From Nitrosomonas europaea (GTDB lineage Bacteria > Pseudomonadota > Gammaproteobacteria > Burkholderiales > Nitrosomonadaceae), in NCBI RefSeq assembly GCF_900167395.1, contig NZ_FUWK01000003.1, forward strand, positions 121,789 through 153,788: 32,000 nucleotides of DNA, given 5' to 3'. Below, piece after piece: positions 26,624 through 32,000 of the stretch. The notes under the pieces are model-generated. The model did no database searches. It was given only the letters and a program-made list of their open reading frames with translations, and had not been told where the DNA came from. The translations under genes and the position numbers were made by a program. Every line of letters starts with the position of its first letter. The stretch's first letter is position 1.

Positions 26624-27786
26624 CGCAACTCCAGCAAAGTGTAATTGAATCTCAGCCAGGCAAACTAAGTGATTATCTCGGACATACCAGGAGAAATCGG
26701 TTTTCCATACGGCTGTTTTCGGGCCTGATAGGGTTCATTCTGGTATTGGCTGTCATGGCCACCGGTTACTGGCTGGTTTTTGCCTCCGATCGCTATGTTT
26801 CGGAAGCAAGCGTGATCATTCGTAAAACGGACTCAGTGACTGCCCCCAGCTTTGATCTGTCCATGCTGATTGCCGGTGTGGCCGGAGTGAACCGTGCGGA
26901 TCAGTTATTATTGCGGGAATATCTGCTTTCAGTGGATATGCTCAAAAAACTCGATACAGAGCTCGATTTACATGCGCACTACAGTGATGAGCACTATGAT
27001 CTTCTTTCACGCATGTGGCTGAAGGATATGGAATGGTTTCATCGCCATTATCTTTCACGGGTTTCAATCGAATACGATGATTATGCCGGCGTGCTCCGGA
27101 TCAACGCCCAGGCTTATGATCCTGAAATAGCACGTGCTATTTCAAACCTGCTGGTACGCGAGGGTGAGCGTTACATGAACCAGATCAGCCATGAACTGGC
27201 AGAAACACAGGTCAGCTTCCTGACTACCCAGGTGAATCTGGCTCAACTGCGCTTCCAGCAGGTCAGACAGAAATTACTGGCCTATCAGAACAAGAAAGGG
27301 CTGCTTTCACCCCAGGCAACCGTGGAGAGCCTCAATACCCTCATTGCCAAACTGGAGGAGCAGCGTGCTCAGCTCAAAACGCAGCTGGCATCTTTACCCA
27401 GGACGCTGGATCGTAACCACCCCAATTTGGTAATGCTCAGGCAATCCCTGGCGGCCATCGATCGGCAGATTACCGATGAAAAAGCAAAACTTGCCAATCC
27501 CACAGGAAAAACCCTGAATATCACGATGGAAGAATTCCAGCGGCTGGAAATGGAAGTTACCTTTGCGCAAGAACTTTATAAAGCGGCGCTCACTGCACTG
27601 GAAAAAGGCAGGATCGATGCCACACGCATGCTGGATAAAGTTTCCGTACTGCAGGCACCCACCCTTCCTGAATATCCGATGGAGCCCCGGCGTATCTATA
27701 ACACCCTGGTTACACTGCTGTTTGCACTGATGCTGGCTGGAATCCTGAAGCTGCTGGAAGGCATCATACTCGACCATGTAGATTGA
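26620..27786 (+). CDS. kpsE: capsule export inner-membrane/periplasmic adaptor (PCP-3; KpsE/CtrB family)
   Basis: An N-terminal TM (LIGFILVLAVMATGYWLVF) is followed by YVSEASVIIRK, a long coiled-coil region and a C-terminal TM. The start overlaps the kpsT stop (ATGA at 26620-26623). Confidence 0.82.
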   Translation: MTQLQQSVIESQPGKLSDYLGHTRRNRFSIRLFSGLIGFILVLAVMATGYWLVFASDRYVSEASVIIRKTDSVTAPSFDLSMLIAGVAGVNRADQLLLREYLLSVDMLKKLDTELDLHAHYSDEHYDLLSRMWLKDMEWFHRHYLSRVSIEYDDYAGVLRINAQAYDPEIARAISNLLVREGERYMNQISHELAETQVSFLTTQVNLAQLRFQQVRQKLLAYQNKKGLLSPQATVESLNTLIAKLEEQRAQLKTQLASLPRTLDRNHPNLVMLRQSLAAIDRQITDEKAKLANPTGKTLNITMEEFQRLEMEVTFAQELYKAALTALEKGRIDATRMLDKVSVLQAPTLPEYPMEPRRIYNTLVTLLFALMLAGILKLLEGIILDHVD

Positions 27787-27809
27787 CGGGTTGCGTGACA
27801 AGCTCAATC

Positions 27810-28008
27810 AGGGAGCATCTGAAAAACGTCGGCGAGGCAGTCAGTTCAAGGCAAAAATCGGTGATGCAAGCAAAGCGTAGCGAACAGCCGTAAGGCTGGC
27901 CCGTAGGGCGAGGCGCTGGCGCCGAGTAAAAAGCGGAGTTTATATGTAATAAATGAGCATTTTGAGCTGATTTTTAACGCAGAAATGGCAACACAGGTAG
28001 TTTTTCAG
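27810..28008 (+). repeat. MITE-like repeat, copy A (core 27819-28008, about 190 bp) with 9-bp terminal inverted repeats
   Basis: CTGAAAAAC (27819-27827) and GTTTTTCAG (28000-28008) are exact reverse complements. The internal blocks GGAGTTTATA..TAAATGAGCATTTTGAGC and GCAGAAAT.GCAA.ACAG are shared with copy B. Copy A carries about 60 extra internal nt (~27868-27927). Confidence 0.7.
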
Positions 28009-28136
28009 AGATTCCTCAGGGAATCTCTGATCAGCCCCTCCGTGAGACGCGATATAGTAGACAGGTTTATATGTGAGATTTGTTTGGAGGATATGTAAGT
28101 TGTTTTTACAACTGGTTTTCTGGAAAAGGGGGATGC

Positions 28137-29027
28137 ATGAAAATTCGTAAAGCGGTTTTTCCGGTGGCGGGGCTGGGTACTCGTTTTTTACCAGCCACCA
28201 AGGCCAGCCCCAAGGAGATGCTGCCGGTGGTGGATAAGCCACTCATACAATATGCTGTGGAAGAAGCCTGGGCTGCTGGTATTACCGAAATGATATTCGT
28301 CACGGGTCGCAGCAAGCGCAGCATTGAAGATCATTTTGATAAAGCGTATGAGCTGGAATCCGAGCTGGAGCGCCGGGGAAAAACCGAGATGCTGCAGTAC
28401 GTGCGCAATCTGTTGCCCGACGATATGAAGTGTGTGTATATCCGCCAGTCTGAAGCACTGGGTCTGGGCCACGCGGTGCTATGCGCCCAGCCGGCGGTGG
28501 GTGATGAACCTTTTGCTGTGTTACTGGCTGACGATTTACTTGAAGGTGACCCTGTCGTGATACGCCAGATGGTGGATGTGTACGAGTACTACAAGTGCTC
28601 GGTGCTGGGTGTGCAGCAGGTGCCGCGTGAAGATACGCGCAGCTATGGCATAGTGGCCAGCCAGCCGATTCGTGATGATCTGGAAGCAGTACAGTTCATT
28701 GTGGAAAAACCTGATCCGGAAGAGGCTCCTTCCACCATGGCAGTGGTTGGACGTTATGTACTCACCCCGCGCATTTTCCATCACCTGATACGGTTGGGCA
28801 AAGGCACCGGGAGCGAGATACAGTTGACCGACGGTATTGCTGCGTTGATGCAGGAAGAGCAGGTGCTGGCCTATCGTTACAAAGGCCAGCGTTACGACTG
28901 TGGCAGCAAGATAGGCTATTTGGAAGCCACCTTGGCTATGGCGCGTAAGCACCCTGAAGTGGGGGCGCAGTTTGAACAGCTGTTACAGTCGTTTCAGCAC
29001 CAGGGAAACTCTGAAGAACGTCAGTGA
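28137..29027 (+). CDS. galU: UTP--glucose-1-phosphate uridylyltransferase
   Basis: [44 protein letters not shown]...VLLADDL...VEKP are canonical GalU motifs. Start set to ATG 28137. Confidence 0.95.
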   Translation: MKIRKAVFPVAGLGTRFLPATKASPKEMLPVVDKPLIQYAVEEAWAAGITEMIFVTGRSKRSIEDHFDKAYELESELERRGKTEMLQYVRNLLPDDMKCVYIRQSEALGLGHAVLCAQPAVGDEPFAVLLADDLLEGDPVVIRQMVDVYEYYKCSVLGVQQVPREDTRSYGIVASQPIRDDLEAVQFIVEKPDPEEAPSTMAVVGRYVLTPRIFHHLIRLGKGTGSEIQLTDGIAALMQEEQVLAYRYKGQRYDCGSKIGYLEATLAMARKHPEVGAQFEQLLQSFQHQGNSEERQ

Positions 29028-29140
29028 AGTAATCAGCTCAAAGCAAAAGTCTGCGAGAAAGTGGAGTTTATACGACGTGATAAATGAGCATTTTGAGCGT
29101 AACTTCCAGCGCAGAAATAGCAATACAGATGGTTTTTCAG
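29002..29140 (+). repeat. MITE-like repeat, copy B (core 29011-29140, 130 bp), overlapping the last codons and stop of galU
   Basis: CTGAAGAAC (29011-29019) and GTTTTTCAG (29132-29140) form terminal inverted repeats with one mismatch. Copy B aligns with copy A along its length, in the same orientation. Confidence 0.7.
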
Positions 29141-29335
29141 GTGCCATGGCAGCGTGCGTTTTATCCTTTTGGTTTTCGCCTTTCCCAGCGATTTTTTTGT
29201 CCGACGGGATCTCACAGAGTGGCCTGATAAAAAATGAAAGCTGTAAATAGCGGGAGAATATATTGCTATTTCAACAATAACTGATATGAGAAGTTATGCG
29301 AAATTACCCGTTTGTACAAAATCGTTAAAGGATGA

Positions 29336-29688
29336 ATGATGTTTTTGCTGTTCACTAACGAGATCATTGAACGTATCAGCAATGTTTTACTTCTTTATCT
29401 GGTAACTTCAACCGTCGTTGATGAAGTAGTGCCTGGATCGGCTGCGACGTGGAGAAAAAAGTTATATCTCATCTTTTCCCTCATTTTTTACTACAGTATC
29501 TGGGTGAGCACGCTAAAGAAATTACAGGCCATAGGGAAAAGACGTTATTAGCATGGCTTGTCTTGCATGAGCCGGTCTTTAGAAAAACGTTGATTAAATC
29601 AATAAATATCATTAATGATGCATCGCGACAGGTTGCCATAGGCGTAGGCGCTCCCCGGAAAGAAATCAGAATCAACCACTTGAATTAA
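29336..29688 (+). pseudogene. possible frameshifted or degenerate hypothetical gene (two overlapping ORFs, 29336-29551 and 29449-29688)
   Basis: The two ORFs can be joined by a 1-nt shift at the A6 run 29455-29460 (...GSAATWRKK / EKKVISHLFPHFLLQYLGEHAKEITGH...). AAAGGA lies upstream of ATG 29336/29339. No family recognised. Confidence 0.2.
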
Positions 29689-29947
29689 TTCTGGAATACT
29701 CATCGACACCAACAGCTGCTATTACGCTCTGGCAGGATCAAACGCGGGCGGCGCGGCACAACTGCTCTCGTCAGAATAAAGTTGCAAGCCTATCAGAAGA
29801 CTGTGGTCTGCCCTCCATTTACTATTTACCAGAAATAACGGGAAGAAATTATCGAAGTACAGCAGGATAAAATTACTACGCAGATTTAGAGCGATCCAGA
29901 GAAGAAATTATAGAGTCCTGCTTAGAACAAGAAGAAAACCTTCTTCT

Positions 29948-30901
29948 ATGTTGGATAGCAACAAAGGCACTTCCAAAGTCATTGTTGCTCCAAAAATTTT
30001 TGATATAAACAAAAATGAAAACCGTGGAAATTTAACAATATTTCTTGGGAAGCTGAGAAAATATTTCACACATAATGGATCACATGAAATAACTATCGAT
30101 TTTACACAAACAGAGAAATTTATTGCTGCGGGAACTCTGTTATTTTATTCAGAATTAGCTTATTTAAAGCAGTTTATAAATAACGAAACAAGGCTCAGGT
30201 ATATACCTCCAAAGAATCCTAAAGCATTTGAAGTACTTATCCAGATAGAACTTTATAAACTCTGTGGAATAAGAAAGCCAAAGTCAAAAAACGCCAATAA
30301 GTACGATGATGTGTTGAACTGGAAAGTAGCTTGTGGCAACGTGGTAAACAATGAACAGTGTGCGCCCACAATTGAGGCATACGAAGGGCAGTTAGCCGAG
30401 CCTCTAATTGATGGAATATTCAAAGGGCTTGCAGAAGCGATGACTAATACGGTTCATCACGCCTACGCCGAGATCCGAGAAGATGGGCTAAACCATAAAC
30501 CTTCCAAGAATAATTGGTGGATGTTTTCTCAAGCAAGAGATGGAGAACTGACCGTTGTTTTCTGTGATTTAGGGATAGGTATACCAAGATCGTTACCAAA
30601 AAAACATCCATCAATTTTTCACAAGATGCTCTCACTTGGCAAGATTAGTGATCATCAATGCATTGCTTCATCTGTTGAACTAAACGCTACAAGCACCAAG
30701 ATGCCTGGCAGGGGGAAAGGCCTTGGGAACATCATAGAAATTGCCAGCAAAAACAAAGCAGGTGGCGTCATTATTTACAGCAATAAAGGGATGTATAGAC
30801 TCGGTCCGGATGCAACTGAGCCTTTCTCTCGTGATCTAAAAAATAGTATATTGGGAACAATTATTTGCTGGAATGTAACGCTAAGTAAGGTGGGTTTATG
30901 A
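29948..30901 (+). CDS. fused STAS-like N-domain + GHKL (RsbW/SpoIIAB-like) ATPase/kinase
   Basis: C-terminal half: N-box EAMTNTVHHA (ExxxNxxxH), G1 box DLGIGIP, G2 box GRGKGLGNI and a terminal GTIICW strand. N-terminal half: EITIDFTQTEKFIAAGTLLFYSEL...EVLIQIELYKLCG resembles the STAS pattern (xDFsgvxFIdSsGlxxL...vLxxtgLxxxf). Confidence 0.65.
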   Translation: MLDSNKGTSKVIVAPKIFDINKNENRGNLTIFLGKLRKYFTHNGSHEITIDFTQTEKFIAAGTLLFYSELAYLKQFINNETRLRYIPPKNPKAFEVLIQIELYKLCGIRKPKSKNANKYDDVLNWKVACGNVVNNEQCAPTIEAYEGQLAEPLIDGIFKGLAEAMTNTVHHAYAEIREDGLNHKPSKNNWWMFSQARDGELTVVFCDLGIGIPRSLPKKHPSIFHKMLSLGKISDHQCIASSVELNATSTKMPGRGKGLGNIIEIASKNKAGGVIIYSNKGMYRLGPDATEPFSRDLKNSILGTIICWNVTLSKVGL

Positions 30902-31236
30902 AAATTATTAATATAAGGGAAAATTTTTCCAGATATCCTGCAGGAAGATATCGTGCCGATGGCCCGTATAACGGTGAAAAATTCAGAGAAGAACTCCTTG
31001 TTCCTGCTTTGTCTGAAGCCATAGACAAAGGTGAAAAAGTTAAGGTAGAGCTCGACGGAGTGCGGGGCTACAACTCTTCATTTCTGGAAGAAGCGTTTGG
31101 TGGGCTGGTGCGATCCGGTAAGTTTGCATCAACCCGGGATTTATCAGAAAGATTCGAATTCGTCTCTACAGACAAGAGCCTAATTGAAGAAATACGCGGA
31201 TACATGGAAGAAGCTACACCTGCAGTAGCACAATAA
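30898..31236 (+). CDS. STAS-like protein of the DUF4325 type
   Basis: This 112-aa protein contains ...RYPAGRYRADGPYNGEKFREELL...KVKVELDGVRGYNSSFLEEAFGGL, matching my recollection of DUF4325 (STAS-like). The start overlaps the upstream stop (ATGA at 30898-30901). Confidence 0.65.
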   Translation: MKIINIRENFSRYPAGRYRADGPYNGEKFREELLVPALSEAIDKGEKVKVELDGVRGYNSSFLEEAFGGLVRSGKFASTRDLSERFEFVSTDKSLIEEIRGYMEEATPAVAQ

Positions 31237-31240
31237 TGTC

Positions 31241-31726
31241 TTGTTACCAGAATTGCTGGCTATGGCTCAACTTCTAGTCTCATGGTTATTAATAATAGGC
31301 GGATGGCTCTTTGTACACAGAGCCACCCTCAGCAGGGAAAGAAGAAAGGAAAAAAGAGAAGAAATCAACAATACTATTCAAGAAATCAGAGCGATAGAAA
31401 ACATTGCAATTGATTTTCATAATTCGAAAATCTTCGATGAAAAAGCAGCCAGTAGTCTTACTCTCAGGATAAACAGGCTCAACAGAAAACTGCAGGCACC
31501 CCCTACATTCAATGAACTTAAGATCCCGACTCAATTAATGATTGAGTTCAGGAAAACAATTACTCTCGAACATTTTGACAAGTCGAACTTCCCTTCCATG
31601 GTTCAACGCATCATGAAAGGTAATCCTTACCCGGCTACTTCTATTGAGATTTTGATCAGAGACATCAATTCCGCCACTGATGATTTAGTAGATTGTATAG
31701 AAGCGGAAAAGAATAATAAATTGTAG
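31241..31726 (+). CDS. hypothetical membrane-anchored protein: one N-terminal TM helix plus a charged helical domain of about 130 aa
   Basis: LLAMAQLLVSWLLIIGGWLFVH is followed by RATLSRERRKEKREEINN. Start is TTG 31241 or ATG 31262, 5-26 nt after the upstream stop, so it is probably co-transcribed. No family recognised. Confidence 0.55.
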   Translation: MLPELLAMAQLLVSWLLIIGGWLFVHRATLSRERRKEKREEINNTIQEIRAIENIAIDFHNSKIFDEKAASSLTLRINRLNRKLQAPPTFNELKIPTQLMIEFRKTITLEHFDKSNFPSMVQRIMKGNPYPATSIEILIRDINSATDDLVDCIEAEKNNKL

Positions 31727-31835
31727 TAGTTCAGATTTGATCTGACAGCAGGTCTTGCCAAGAGGTGGGATTACCCGGTTTGATAGAGGTGCGAATCTTT
31801 ATCAACCAAACGCGAAAGCGTAAAGGAGTAATCCC

Positions 31836-32000
31836 ATGAGCAGTGTTCATCATAAAATCATTAAACACAAGATTGGCTTGCTTAATCTGGCAGCTGAGCT
31901 TGGCAATGTATCCCGTGCCTGTAAGGTGATGGGTTTTTCTCGCGATACTTTCTATCGCTATCAGGCAGCTGTGGAAACAGGAGGTGTTGAAGCTCTGATA
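31836..32000 (+). mobile_element. IS transposase gene, N-terminal HTH part (integrase/rve-type, IS481-like by recollection); continues past the window end
   Basis: AAGGAG (31822-31827) precedes ATG 31836. MSSVHHKIIKHKIGLLNLAAELGNVSRACKVMGFSRDTFYRYQAAVETGGVEALI is a typical transposase HTH N-terminus. GC content rises again from about 31740. The IS left end was not located. Confidence 0.7.

Noticed and set aside
28006-28029. A perfect 10-bp stem hairpin after kpsE, considered as an intrinsic terminator
   Set aside because: No T-tract follows on either strand; the T5 run lies 5' of the stem on the + strand. It is therefore not a canonical rho-independent terminator. It is kept only as part of the repeat-element observation.
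27940-28242. A 100-aa minus-strand ORF spanning repeat copy A and the galU start
   Set aside because: It overlaps the repeat element and the well-supported galU N-terminus on the other strand, and its product is nonsense-like.
29599-29703. A 34-aa minus-strand ORF (MSIPELIQVVDSDFFPGSAYAYGNLSRCIINDIY) in the island's left part
   Set aside because: It is too short, has no motif, and overlaps other weak ORFs. At most it is a remnant of a decayed gene.
1-32000. A search for CRISPR arrays, tRNA/rRNA genes and prophage integrase/att sites
   Set aside because: No regularly spaced short repeats were seen; the only repeat family has two copies. No cloverleaf-like or rRNA-like sequence appeared in the intergenic regions. 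No tyrosine or serine recombinase ORF was found; the only mobility gene is the partial IS transposase at the right edge.

Overview
The window looks like a proteobacterial chromosomal segment. Gene content and synteny feel betaproteobacterial, but I cannot confirm this without a search. All calls come from reading the supplied translations and recognising motifs; no homology search was run.

Layout from left to right:
(1) 1-3304: a housekeeping block on the + strand. It holds a DUF488 tail, ispF, thpR, tsaB, rimI and a family-4 uracil-DNA glycosylase.
(2) 3324-6945: a minus-strand chemosensory pair. A cytoplasmic four-PAS methyl-accepting chemotaxis protein (MCP) is split by a 1-nt frameshift, and it is translationally coupled to a three-domain CheW protein.
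(3) 7211-8524: a FadL/OmpP1-type outer-membrane channel gene broken by one in-frame TAG.
(4) 8617-14505: sbcC and sbcD, unusually separated by a 1.4-kb AT-rich insert. The insert carries two opposite-strand genes, a tiny lipoprotein and a dienelactone-hydrolase-like enzyme.
(5) 14874-27786: a co-directional cluster. It holds a 2544-aa fully reducing type I polyketide synthase (PKS) with no thioesterase, a PLP-dependent alpha-oxoamine synthase (AOS) joined to it by an ATGA overlap, a Wza/KpsD-like outer-membrane export lipoprotein, and KpsM, KpsT and KpsE. No glycosyltransferase or KpsC/KpsS is in view.
(6) 27810-29140: galU, bracketed by two copies of a MITE-like element with 9-bp terminal inverted repeats.
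(7) about 29200-31750: a sharply AT-rich island ending at an IS transposase. It carries a tight three-gene operon: a fused STAS-like/GHKL ATPase, a DUF4325-type STAS-like protein, and a small N-terminally membrane-anchored protein.

The two best candidates for an undescribed system are this three-gene operon and the PKS-AOS-Kps export cluster. I saw no rRNA, tRNA or CRISPR array.
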